A stretch of DNA of 32,000 nt from Prochlorococcus marinus subsp. pastoris str. CCMP1986. Its GTDB lineage: Bacteria > Cyanobacteriota > Cyanobacteriia > PCC-6307 > Cyanobiaceae. Shown here piece after piece: positions 7,978 through 16,212 of this stretch. Under the pieces are notes generated by a model that saw nothing but the letters and a program-made list of their open reading frames with translations, did no database searches and had not been told where the DNA came from. The stretch is from the NCBI RefSeq assembly GCF_000011465.1, contig NC_005072.1, forward strand, positions 930,001-962,000, read 5' to 3'. A program made the translations under genes and the position numbers. How positions within the stretch are numbered: position 1 is the stretch's first letter; each line of letters begins with the position of its first letter.

Positions 7978-8319
7978 ATGCATAAGCAAGATGCAATTTA
8001 CCTTGATCAACTTTGCCCTAAAATTAGCAATAAAAACTGGAGAGATTCTCTTCATAAATTAACAAATAATACTTGCATTTATTGCGGTAATCCATCTGAA
8101 TCTCTTGATCACCTATATCCAAGGTCAAAAGGAGGAGAAACTATCACAAAAAATTGCGTTCCATGCTGTTTATCTTGCAACGGAAAAAAATCTGATATAG
8201 AAGTACTTAAATGGTACAGGAGTCAAAAATTCTATGACCCAAGAAGATCAATGGCAATTAGAGCATGGTTTAATAATGATTTAAAGTTGGCTTCTGTCTT
8301 ATTAAATTACATAAAATAA
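7978..8319 (+). CDS. HNH endonuclease, 113 aa, stand-alone
   Basis: CIYCG...DHLYPRSKGG...N(CVP)CCLSCNGKK gives Cys4 zinc ligands plus the catalytic H and N of the HNH motif. Confidence 0.85.
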   Translation: MHKQDAIYLDQLCPKISNKNWRDSLHKLTNNTCIYCGNPSESLDHLYPRSKGGETITKNCVPCCLSCNGKKSDIEVLKWYRSQKFYDPRRSMAIRAWFNNDLKLASVLLNYIK

Positions 8320-8404
8320 TTTATTATTTTTAATTCTCTTTAAATTAATTAAAGTAATCTTTTATCGAATTTAATTCAAAGGATTATTTAAATATTATTT
8401 TTTA

Positions 8405-8599
8405 TTATAAAAAAATAGATTTTTTCAACTCGACTAAATCATTTTTAAAGAAAAAAATGGTAGAAAATTCTTCTTTCCACATTATAGGGGATTCAATAAC
8501 TTTTCTTTCTGGAGATTTTACCGAAAATATCAAAGCAAAGACTACGATAATAGTGCCAAAAAGAATTATTATTAAATTTTTATCCGAAAGATTATTCAT
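8405..8599 (-). CDS. Small membrane protein, 64 aa from the MNNLSDK start
   Basis: I prefer the internal ATG at 8599, which lies 10 nt after the upstream stop at 8610. One TM (LIIILFGTIIVVFALIF). Confidence 0.35.
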   Translation of the reverse strand: MNNLSDKNLIIILFGTIIVVFALIFSVKSPERKVIESPIMWKEEFSTIFFFKNDLVELKKSIFL

Positions 8600-8609
8600 A
8601 AAAAATCTT

Positions 8610-9011
8610 TTAACTAGATAATTTCTTATCAGGAGTTGTCTTATCATAGATTTCTAAAAAATATGAATTAAAGTAATCTATGCCTTCTTTACCGATCAAT
8701 CCAAAAGACCAACCGCAATCGTTTATAACTTTTATAGAAATTTGATTAGCCAAATCTTCTTTTTCAATCCATTTTTTTTGAGGATTATATGAAAATGAAA
8801 CAATATTTTCTGTTTTAACTATAGCGGATGTCATGGCTTCATCCTTGGACAATCCATTTTGTATTGCATTACAAAACTTCTTTGAAAAATTTTTTGATAT
8901 CCTACTCTGAAGAAGACTTACTGTAGGGTCAGAAGTATGAGATGCAAATGTACTTAAAGGAGATAAGAAAACAATCGCGAAAAATATAAAGCTAATTAAA
9001 AGTCTAGACAA
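8610..9011 (-). CDS. Secreted hypothetical protein, 133 aa, distant paralog of 28348..28740
   Basis: N-terminal signal peptide (LLISFIFFAIVFLSPLSTFASH). Two conserved Cys contexts (KKFCNAIQNGL and NDCG) are shared with the ORF at 28348..28740. Confidence 0.55.
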   Translation of the reverse strand: MSRLLISFIFFAIVFLSPLSTFASHTSDPTVSLLQSRISKNFSKKFCNAIQNGLSKDEAMTSAIVKTENIVSFSYNPQKKWIEKEDLANQISIKVINDCGWSFGLIGKEGIDYFNSYFLEIYDKTTPDKKLSS

Positions 9012-9187
9012 TTCGCTTTTTCTATTACTATAAATAGTATAAATAATAATATTTAAATATTTACAAACTTAAATAGTAAATAAATTTCTTTGAAATAGTT
9101 TTAATTTAGATTTCAATTTATTAAATAAAAACAATTATCGATGGAACTTAGTAATAGTATTTATTAAGTAAATTTTGTTTTTATTAT

Positions 9188-9409
9188 ATGGACCGTTTAT
9201 TATTGACACTTCTTTTCTTTCCCGATTGGACAAACGGATTACCTTCTGATTTTTTAATACTCCATTTTTTTGTTGGAGCGGCGATTTTTCCATTTAATAT
9301 GATACACGCTAGAGCAAGAAAATTTGATGCTAAAAATCCTGAGGAGGCAGCTATAGGATATAAAAATTCAAATAATACAGTTTACTATGGTTATGAAGAA
9401 GTCAACTAG
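9188..9409 (+). CDS. Hypothetical protein, 73 aa
   Basis: ORF-track ORF with ATG start and a hydrophobic N-terminal half. No recognisable motif. Confidence 0.35.
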   Translation: MDRLLLTLLFFPDWTNGLPSDFLILHFFVGAAIFPFNMIHARARKFDAKNPEEAAIGYKNSNNTVYYGYEEVN

Positions 9410-9443
9410 ATGCAAGTAAAAGTAGTTAATTAATTACACTTTA

Positions 9444-9668
9444 ATGAAAATATTTTTAAAATCAGGGATAGATCTCAAAATCTTTAGCCCTACCGAACCT
9501 ATCGGGATTATTATCTTATTTATAGGATTGATTTTCAGTGGAATGATTTTTTATATTATTTACGCTGTTAGCACTAATAAAGAATCATTAGAAGATACAA
9601 AAATAAGAACTGAAAGAGAACTTATTCAACAAGAGAAGATTGGAAAATTGTTTCCTAAGAAAAAATAG
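9444..9668 (+). CDS. Small membrane protein, 74 aa
   Basis: ORF-track ORF with one TM (IGIIILFIGLIFSGMIFYIIYAV) followed by a charged tail. Confidence 0.4.
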   Translation: MKIFLKSGIDLKIFSPTEPIGIIILFIGLIFSGMIFYIIYAVSTNKESLEDTKIRTERELIQQEKIGKLFPKKK

Positions 9669-9891
9669 TCCTTAGAGTTTTATTTTTAAGTAACTTTAAG
9701 TTTATATACATTACTAATTGATCAAGTGGGTCATTAAACATTAGTCTTAACTCTTTCTTGCTAAACATCGTAAAACCTAATAATATCTATACTTTTTCAA
9801 AATCGCGAGAATAAATTTAACATGATTTAGTGGTAAAGCTATTTTATTTTTTGTTCTTTAATGTTAAAACTGAATAGAGAGATTATTATTT

Positions 9892-10395
9892 TTGGAAACT
9901 AGATATTTATTTCTGTTTTTAGCTAGTGGAATAGTAAATGATGAAGGTTTTTGGCTGATTGGAGTCAAAAATAGTGACTTAAAAATACTTGATGATGAAA
10001 CTCTTTTGGAATGTCATAGAAAAGAACTAATAGGACATGAATCAGCTAAAGATATTCTTAATGCAATAAACTTGAATTTAGATAATTTAATGAATGATTT
10101 AAAAAATAATGATTTCTCATTAGATCAACCTCCAAAAGGGATTTCATTTAATATTCCATTAAACTTTTTAGAAAGTATATTTGATTTCTGGTTAGAAAAA
10201 TATAAGGATAAGCAATTATGGGAAATCTGTCTTGGTCTTCTGAAAATCAGAAGAAGAGTATCATTATCAAATTTAATTAAGAGTGAGAGCATAACAGGAG
10301 ATTCAAAAAAATTTGCGATGGAAATCGAAAATCTACATAAATATCAGCCTAATATGATAAAAAATAAAGGTTCAAATGAGCCAATGTGGAAATAA
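9892..10395 (+). CDS. Hypothetical protein, 167 aa (TTG start)
   Basis: The frame opens at 9874 after a TGA. The only canonical start before codon ~66 is the TTG at 9892. No domain recognised. Confidence 0.45.
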   Translation: METRYLFLFLASGIVNDEGFWLIGVKNSDLKILDDETLLECHRKELIGHESAKDILNAINLNLDNLMNDLKNNDFSLDQPPKGISFNIPLNFLESIFDFWLEKYKDKQLWEICLGLLKIRRRVSLSNLIKSESITGDSKKFAMEIENLHKYQPNMIKNKGSNEPMWK

Positions 10396-10470
10396 TTTCA
10401 TATTTTTGAAATAAAAATGTTTACTTATTTAATATTCAAGTAAAAATAAAATATATTTATAAATAAAAAT

Positions 10471-10656
10471 ATGAATAAACCATATTCATTTAATGAAGAG
10501 CAAATGAATGGAATAGTTGAAGAAATATATACAAATATAGTAAAAGAATGCGAAAAATTAAAAAAAGAGACCAATTGTCCTAACGAACAAGTAGTAGCCT
10601 TATTAAGTGTAATTGCCTCAAACTTTGCTCCAATAATTGAACATAAAAAAAATTAG
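10471..10656 (+). CDS. Small hypothetical protein, 61 aa, first gene of a coupled three-gene unit
   Basis: ATG start. The TAG stop (10654-10656) lies 1 nt before the ATG of the phosphoribosyltransferase gene. Confidence 0.45.
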   Translation: MNKPYSFNEEQMNGIVEEIYTNIVKECEKLKKETNCPNEQVVALLSVIASNFAPIIEHKKN

Positions 10657-10657
10657 A

Positions 10658-11053
10658 ATGACAAAGTATTTTACATGGGGCGAATTTGATAAGAGTGTTG
10701 ATTATATTGCTAATCAATGCAAAAAACTTAAATTATCAGGAATATATGGTGTTCCCAGAGGTGGCCTATGCCTTGCAGTAGCTTTGAGTCATAAATTAAA
10801 TGTTCAGTTAATTGAAAAGCCCTTAAAAAGTTCACTTATAGTTGATGATGTTTATGAAACTGGGATGACATTAAGTAATTTTAAAAATATTGAAGGTGTT
10901 AATATCTTTGTCTTAGTTAGTAAAAAGAAACCTATTTGGTGGAAGACCGTAAATTTATCTCTTAAAGAAGAATGGATAGTATTTCCATGGGAAAATAAAG
11001 AAAATGAGCTTAAAGATGAAAAAGAATACAAAAGTAAAAGGAGGCTAAAGTGA
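10658..11053 (+). CDS. Phosphoribosyltransferase, short Gpt-like (xanthine/guanine PRTase-like), 131 aa
   Basis: The PRPP-binding motif SLIVDDVYETGMT follows a GVPRGGLCLAVALS loop, and WIVFPWE lies near the C-terminus. These align by eye with E. coli Gpt (VSRGGLVPGALLA, IVIDDLVDTGGTA, WIEQPWD). I prefer the ATG at 10658 to the track start at 10637. Confidence 0.8.
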   Translation: MTKYFTWGEFDKSVDYIANQCKKLKLSGIYGVPRGGLCLAVALSHKLNVQLIEKPLKSSLIVDDVYETGMTLSNFKNIEGVNIFVLVSKKKPIWWKTVNLSLKEEWIVFPWENKENELKDEKEYKSKRRLK

Positions 11054-11514
11054 ATAAAAAGAAATTATATTTAGCTAATCCATATGGGTTTTCAAAACAA
11101 ACTAAAAATCTATTACCTGAATTCATTAAAATATTTCAAAATTTAAATGTCGAAGTTTATGAACCTTTTGAGAGAACAAAGCATTTAATTACAAACAAAA
11201 ATAATTGGGCTTATGACCTAGCAAAAGCAAATTTCAACGATTTAAAGTCATGTGATTGCATTTTTGCGATTGTTAACGGTAACCCTCCAGATGAGGGAGT
11301 AATGGTAGAACTAGGAATTTCTATTGCGCTTAATAAAGAAATATTTTTATTTAGGGACGATTTTAGAAACTGTTCAGATAGTGATCAATATCCTCTAAAT
11401 TTGATGTTATTTGTAGGCCTATCTAAGGAAAGTTGGTCAAAGAATTATTTTGAATCCATAGAGGATATACTTAACCCAAAGAAGAGTTTTCTTAATTGGG
11501 CAAAAAGAATATAA
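11050..11514 (+). CDS. Nucleoside 2-deoxyribosyltransferase family protein (NDT/Rcl-like), 154 aa
   Basis: YLANPYGFS N-terminal motif and DEGVMVELG with the family catalytic Glu context. The GTG start overlaps the PRTase TGA (GTGA at 11050-11053). A strong AAGGAGG lies at 11038-11044. Confidence 0.8.
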   Translation: MNKKKLYLANPYGFSKQTKNLLPEFIKIFQNLNVEVYEPFERTKHLITNKNNWAYDLAKANFNDLKSCDCIFAIVNGNPPDEGVMVELGISIALNKEIFLFRDDFRNCSDSDQYPLNLMLFVGLSKESWSKNYFESIEDILNPKKSFLNWAKRI

Positions 11515-11603
11515 GAATCTTCCAATTTATACTTAAAATATTGAGTTATAAAAATCATTAAAAGATGCGTTAAAATGATATAATTATTTTTATTTAGTAA
11601 ATT

Positions 11604-11780
11604 TTGACTCAAGTTACTGTCGGAGAAAATGAGGGAATAGAATCTGCCCTTAGAAGATTTAAAAGGCAAGTCTCAAAATCAGGGATATTTGCTGATTTAA
11701 AGAGATTAAGACATCATGAAACTCCTATTGAAAAATATAAGAGAAAATTACAACAAAGAAGAAAAGCAAGAAGAAGATAA
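11604..11780 (+). CDS. rpsU: 30S ribosomal protein S21, 58 aa (TTG start)
   Basis: Hand translation gives (M)[57 protein letters not shown], the canonical S21 sequence. A TAA at 11598-11600 leaves the TTG at 11604 as the only canonical start. It is missing from the track because it is under 60 aa. Confidence 0.9.
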
Positions 11781-11918
11781 TTTATAAGATTACAATTAAT
11801 TTTAATTTTTTAAATATTGGAAATTTATAATTGAATAATAAGAAAAATTAGAAAACCATTTATTAACTTTTATACAATTCAATAGTCAATCTTTATAAAC
11901 ATTAATGTTAATATTTTT

Positions 11919-12251
11919 TTATTTAATATTCTTTAGTTTCTTAACAAGATTGATTCCAACTCCAGGAACAGCAAGAAGAACTTCATCTTTTGCAGAAGTA
12001 ATAGACTTTGGAGTTTTAAAACCAGCCTTATAAAAGGCCTCTGCACTCTTAGCTCCTACACCAGGAATAGCTTTAAAAGATTCTATTATTTTTTTCGAAT
12101 CATCTTTCTTTGTTTTAGATTTAGGGGCCTTAGAAGAATTTACAGACTTCTTCTTGGTTTTAGATACAGTCTTTTTAGGGAGAGTAATTTCTGTAGAGGT
12201 CTCGTTCTTAAATAGAATTGATTTTAACTTACTTAAAAATTTAGTAATCAT
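11919..12251 (-). CDS. Lys-rich helix-hairpin-helix (HhH) DNA-binding protein, 110 aa
   Basis: Two HhH-like motifs (IPGVGAKSAEAFYKAGF and VPGVGINLVKKL) follow a basic K/S/T-rich linker. Confidence 0.65.
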   Translation of the reverse strand: MITKFLSKLKSILFKNETSTEITLPKKTVSKTKKKSVNSSKAPKSKTKKDDSKKIIESFKAIPGVGAKSAEAFYKAGFKTPKSITSAKDEVLLAVPGVGINLVKKLKNIK

Positions 12252-12771
12252 TTATTAAAAAATTAGATAATTTACTAAATTCTACATTTCAATAAAAAAA
12301 AATTAATTATTTATTTATTTATTTCAAACAATCAATAATAATTTTAAAAAGAAATGATAGAAATTAATTTTTATTTACATCTATATTAAGTCATATTTTT
12401 ATTTATGATGCAAGTTAAAAATTAAATGCGGAACTATATATTTATTTTTAAAGTTCATATTTAATTTATTGATCTAATCCAAGAATGCAATAATAAATTT
12501 ATTTTTTACAGTTTAATAATTCAAATTAGATATTTAATTGAAAATTAGGTATTTTTATAATTTAAGTTAAAAAATCCTTTGAATTAATTTTACATATCCT
12601 TACTCTACTAAAAAAAAAAACCCGAAATTTAATTTCTAAGATAAAAACAAATTCAATCATATTATTAAGCTAAAACCAAACCAAAATTTAATAATAAATT
12701 GACTTATTAATTTTTTTTTACTTAACTATTATGAGATACATTTCTTCAATCTTATTCAACTGATTTTGAAT

Positions 12772-13377
12772 ATGCAATTAATAGTTATTAGTGGACCATC
12801 TGGAAGCGGAAAAACTACACTATCCAAAAGGATTTTAAAAAAAATTAAAAATGGAATAATATTAAATACAGATAATTACTACAGAACAGGTATATTAAGT
12901 CAATTATTATCACGAACATTAACTTCGTATTTTGACAGAAAAATAAGTTTCAACATTGGATTATTTAAAAGAGATCTAGAATTTATTGTAAAAAACGGAT
13001 TTTCTGATTTCTATTATATATATAATTTCAAAAGTAAATCTATAAAAAAAGTATATCAAAATACTAAAAATATAAGATTTCTTATTATAGAAGGAATATT
13101 TGGACAGGAAATATTAAAAACCCTTTCAAAAGAAAATTGCCTTTTAATTAAATTAAAAGCTAATAAACAAACTTGTTTGAATAGAGTAATTAAAAGAGAC
13201 TTTTTAGAAAGAGGGAAAAGTAAAGATCTTGCAACAAGAGACTTTATAAAAGCATGGGAATTATTTCATAAAAATAAAAAGAAATGTAATTCAAGAAATT
13301 ATTTCAACACAATTGTCATTAGGAAGAAAAGTGATATAGACCTTCTATTAAAAAAAATAATTAATATAGTGAACTAA
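12772..13377 (+). CDS. P-loop kinase, uridine kinase/phosphoribulokinase-family-like
   Basis: The N-terminal IVISGPSGSGKTTL Walker A lies right at the start, and the size is about 200 aa. I prefer the ATG at 12772 to the TTG at 12766. Substrate is not determinable by eye. Confidence 0.65.
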   Translation: MQLIVISGPSGSGKTTLSKRILKKIKNGIILNTDNYYRTGILSQLLSRTLTSYFDRKISFNIGLFKRDLEFIVKNGFSDFYYIYNFKSKSIKKVYQNTKNIRFLIIEGIFGQEILKTLSKENCLLIKLKANKQTCLNRVIKRDFLERGKSKDLATRDFIKAWELFHKNKKKCNSRNYFNTIVIRKKSDIDLLLKKIINIVN

Positions 13378-14524
13378 TCTTATAAGACAATTTTAAAGCA
13401 CTCAATATTGCACCTTCAATCCTACCAAACCCCTCTAAATCGAACCAATCACCACAAAAAGCTATATTAAATTTATCACAAACTTGCAAATTTTCAGGTA
13501 TTCCTAAACCAGATGGTTGAGATGCTCTCCATATCATTATAGAAATATCCTGATAATCTATTAGCTTATTTATATAAGAATTTTCATCGAATATTTGATT
13601 GAATTTATTTAATAAGATATTTTTAAATTTCTTTTTATTTTTGCATTGAAAATATTCAGTTATAAATTTTTTATCTCTAGTATGTATGACAATACCTATT
13701 TGATTATTAATTTGTTTTTGAAATATAATCCTTTCAAATTTAAATTTTTCTTCTAGAAGATTATTTAAAAGGAAATACCTAAATCTATTCTTATAGTTAT
13801 CTTTATAACTATAATTGGATTTTGTATAAATCAAAAAAGTTAATCTTTGAACATATTCTTGCTTATTAAGAAGATTTAAAATTGCATCAATTTTTTTATC
13901 ATTATTTATTGGAATAGCGTCCCTCAATGGTATTTGATTTATCTTCAAAATATCTAATGATCTTTTATGTAAAATTAAATTACTTGAACATACAAGAAAT
14001 TTCGCCTTAAATTTATAGCCATTTTTTGAGGTTAAAATCCAATAATTATTTTCATATTTTAATTTGACTATTAAAGTTCGAAAGAAAAAATCAACTTGAT
14101 TTTTCAAATTATTATGATTAATTATATTTCTTGATAAATCAGTCATAGAAGAGCTTGAAGTATAATTTTTGCAACTATGAAAATCGCAGCTTATTATTTT
14201 TTGATCACTAGGATCTTCATATAATTCAATTAAATCAGAAGGATCTGATTGGATAATTTTTGAATCTAATAATTCCTGAATGAAAGCTTTCAACAATTGA
14301 TTATTATTACTGTTGCAAATATTGAAATTAGGGGAACCATGATTGAGTTGCCACCCACTATTACTAATACTATTTCTTGTACTAGAACGTCCTCCAAGAT
14401 TTCTACCATTTTCTATTATCGCAATCCTACCTTGATAGCCATTTTTCAGATGAAAAGATGAAAAAACACATGAAGATATTCCCCCTCCAATAATCGCGAT
14501 ATCATAAAAAGTATCATTAATCAT
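13361..14524 (-). CDS. FAD/NAD(P)-dependent oxidoreductase (amine-oxidase/renalase-like)
   Basis: The N-terminal dinucleotide fold DIAIIGGGISS follows the ATG at 14524, which is preferred because it lies 5 nt after the upstream gene's stop at 14530. The C-terminal FCGDW...GRIEGAILS motif is typical of the flavin amine-oxidase fold. Confidence 0.75.
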   Translation of the reverse strand: MINDTFYDIAIIGGGISSCVFSSFHLKNGYQGRIAIIENGRNLGGRSSTRNSISNSGWQLNHGSPNFNICNSNNNQLLKAFIQELLDSKIIQSDPSDLIELYEDPSDQKIISCDFHSCKNYTSSSSMTDLSRNIINHNNLKNQVDFFFRTLIVKLKYENNYWILTSKNGYKFKAKFLVCSSNLILHKRSLDILKINQIPLRDAIPINNDKKIDAILNLLNKQEYVQRLTFLIYTKSNYSYKDNYKNRFRYFLLNNLLEEKFKFERIIFQKQINNQIGIVIHTRDKKFITEYFQCKNKKKFKNILLNKFNQIFDENSYINKLIDYQDISIMIWRASQPSGLGIPENLQVCDKFNIAFCGDWFDLEGFGRIEGAILSALKLSYKISSLY

Positions 14525-14529
14525 AATTA

Positions 14530-15357
14530 TTATGTTGTTTTTATTTTCATTAAAGAATAAAGATCTTGTAATTTTTTTATTGAAGAACATTCAGTTTCAA
14601 TAATTGGACAAATATTATTATCAAGATAGATTTCAATTAAATCTTTTGTAAATGTGTAAAAATCATCTTGAGAATAAAGATACTTATCTGAAATAAAAAC
14701 CCCTTTCCATGGACGAAACTTAAATCGGGAAATAAATTCCTTTGATGGAATTAATAAGCTTCCGAAAATTTTCACATTTTTATCTTTACTATCATATGAA
14801 TTATTCAGAAAAGAATCTTTTAAAAAATTAATTTCTTTTTCAAGTAATTTAATATCAGTTCCAAATTGAAGCCAGATTGATTTAATTAATCTAGAAGAAA
14901 ATTTCTTTTTTATTCTTTCTCTTTCTCCACAAATATTGTAATGATTTTTCAAGTAAGGGTTATAAGCAACTCCTATATTAATATTTAAATTTTTTTCATT
15001 TTTAAAATCTTTCAATACATCTAATACTTCAAAGTTTTTTTTCTTATTAGATCCTGAAACTAGTAAAATTTCCTTATTTTTATAAAACTGACATTTTTTA
15101 ATAAAATTTAAAAACTCTAAATATGAATATTCTCTATTCTTTGTATATTGATGATAAAGACTATAATGATATGTGACATCTAAATTTTTATAGTTTTCAC
15201 CAATATATTTTATAGTCTCATTTAGGAAATCTTTTTTAATTCCCCCTTTGCATGGGATATTGATTTTATTAATATTGTTGGATATGCAAAAATTAAGTTT
15301 ATTTTCTAATTGAAAACTATTTTTAAAAGATAATTCGAATCTTAAATCATTTAACAT
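14530..15357 (-). CDS. Hypothetical protein, 275 aa, possibly a divergent methylenetetrahydrofolate-reductase-like TIM barrel
   Basis: Long ORF with ATG start, in an operon with the FAD oxidoreductase. Weak resemblance to MTHFR blocks (ILLVSGS, IGVAYNPY, IWLQFGTD). The functional call is tentative. Confidence 0.5.
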   Translation of the reverse strand: MLNDLRFELSFKNSFQLENKLNFCISNNINKINIPCKGGIKKDFLNETIKYIGENYKNLDVTYHYSLYHQYTKNREYSYLEFLNFIKKCQFYKNKEILLVSGSNKKKNFEVLDVLKDFKNEKNLNINIGVAYNPYLKNHYNICGERERIKKKFSSRLIKSIWLQFGTDIKLLEKEINFLKDSFLNNSYDSKDKNVKIFGSLLIPSKEFISRFKFRPWKGVFISDKYLYSQDDFYTFTKDLIEIYLDNNICPIIETECSSIKKLQDLYSLMKIKTT

Positions 15358-15498
15358 GTTCCAATTATAAAAAATTTATAAGTAAAAAGAGTTAACGAAA
15401 GCATGCTTCAAATACAACTCTTATTTTTAATTACTATTTATTCTATTACCTTTTAATATGTAATTTGGAGAAACAGCTAAAGCAGCCTTTAAAGAGAT

Positions 15499-15687
15499 TT
15501 ATTCTTTGGAAGATTTTTCAATCATATCTTTAAAGCATTTCCAATTGTTAGGTATAACTATCCCTGGCCAAGAGGTCCATAAACCTAAAACTAATCCTGA
15601 TAATAATAAAATTGAAGTTCTAATATGAAAAACAATATAAATATTATAAAAGTAATTATATTTTGTAGAAAATAAAGATTGGAACAA
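15499..15687 (-). CDS. Questionable ORF, 62 aa (TTG start)
   Basis: Track ORF only. It has one hydrophobic segment, no ATG and no motif. Confidence 0.2.
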   Translation of the reverse strand: MFQSLFSTKYNYFYNIYIVFHIRTSILLLSGLVLGLWTSWPGIVIPNNWKCFKDMIEKSSKE

Positions 15688-15803
15688 CTTACAAAAAATT
15701 ACCTTATATTTTTGTATTTTTATTAATACAATTATTCTTATTAAATGAAATATATGAAGAGGTCGAGGGGTTAGAATAATCTAAACAAGATTACAAAAAA
15801 AAT

Positions 15804-16208
15804 ATGGCAAGTCAGGATTATCTAATTGCAATTGCATTAATAGAACAAAATAATATCAGGGCCATGCCTTTAGGTGGGAAAGAGATTAAAGAAAAACTAG
15901 AAGAAGAAGGTAATTTAATTAAACTTGGGGAAGAAGTAATTCTAAATCTTCTTTTAAGAGTTTTCCAAAGAAGTGATGAAGGAGCCTTAAAAAGAGTATC
16001 CGAAGATAAAGGCCTACTATTAGTTCATATGCATCCAAAAAGAATGCAGAAAGAACTTCCATTTATAAAATCTGAATGGATAAGAGACGGTGATACAACA
16101 CAATTTTTAAAATATTTAGGTAATCTATCAAAAGAAATATGGACAGCTTCTTTAATCAAATATAAGGGTCTGGAATTAGTATCAATAGCAAAAAACGAAG
16201 ATATATAG
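15804..16208 (+). CDS. Hypothetical protein, 134 aa
   Basis: ATG start with balanced, non-repetitive composition. No domain recognised. Confidence 0.6.
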   Translation: MASQDYLIAIALIEQNNIRAMPLGGKEIKEKLEEEGNLIKLGEEVILNLLLRVFQRSDEGALKRVSEDKGLLLVHMHPKRMQKELPFIKSEWIRDGDTTQFLKYLGNLSKEIWTASLIKYKGLELVSIAKNEDI

Positions 16209-16212
16209 CTTT

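Noticed and set aside
9630-9768. 44-aa minus-strand ATG ORF (MFSKKELRLMFNDPLDQLV...) between 9668 and 9892
   Set aside because: It overlaps the 3' end of the plus-strand 9444..9668 ORF. It has no distinctive features and is most likely chance.
9892-11514. Retron-type or other anti-phage system built on PRTase and NDT-like effectors
   Set aside because: No reverse transcriptase, no msr/msd-like inverted repeats, and no ATPase or nuclease partner lies in or next to the operon. The enzymes retain ordinary metabolic motifs. I keep it only as a minor alternative in the corresponding finding.
11445-11669. 74-aa minus-strand ORF
   Set aside because: It lies antisense to the 3' end of the NDT gene and the 5' end of rpsU, both of which have strong protein-family signatures. 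Its translation is low-complexity.
12252-12765. 514-bp AT-rich intergenic region with (ATTT)n-like low complexity and an A11 run (about 12612-12622)
   Set aside because: It has no ORF longer than about 11 codons, no stable hairpin and no repeat structure beyond simple AT-rich low complexity. It is probably just promoter or spacer DNA.
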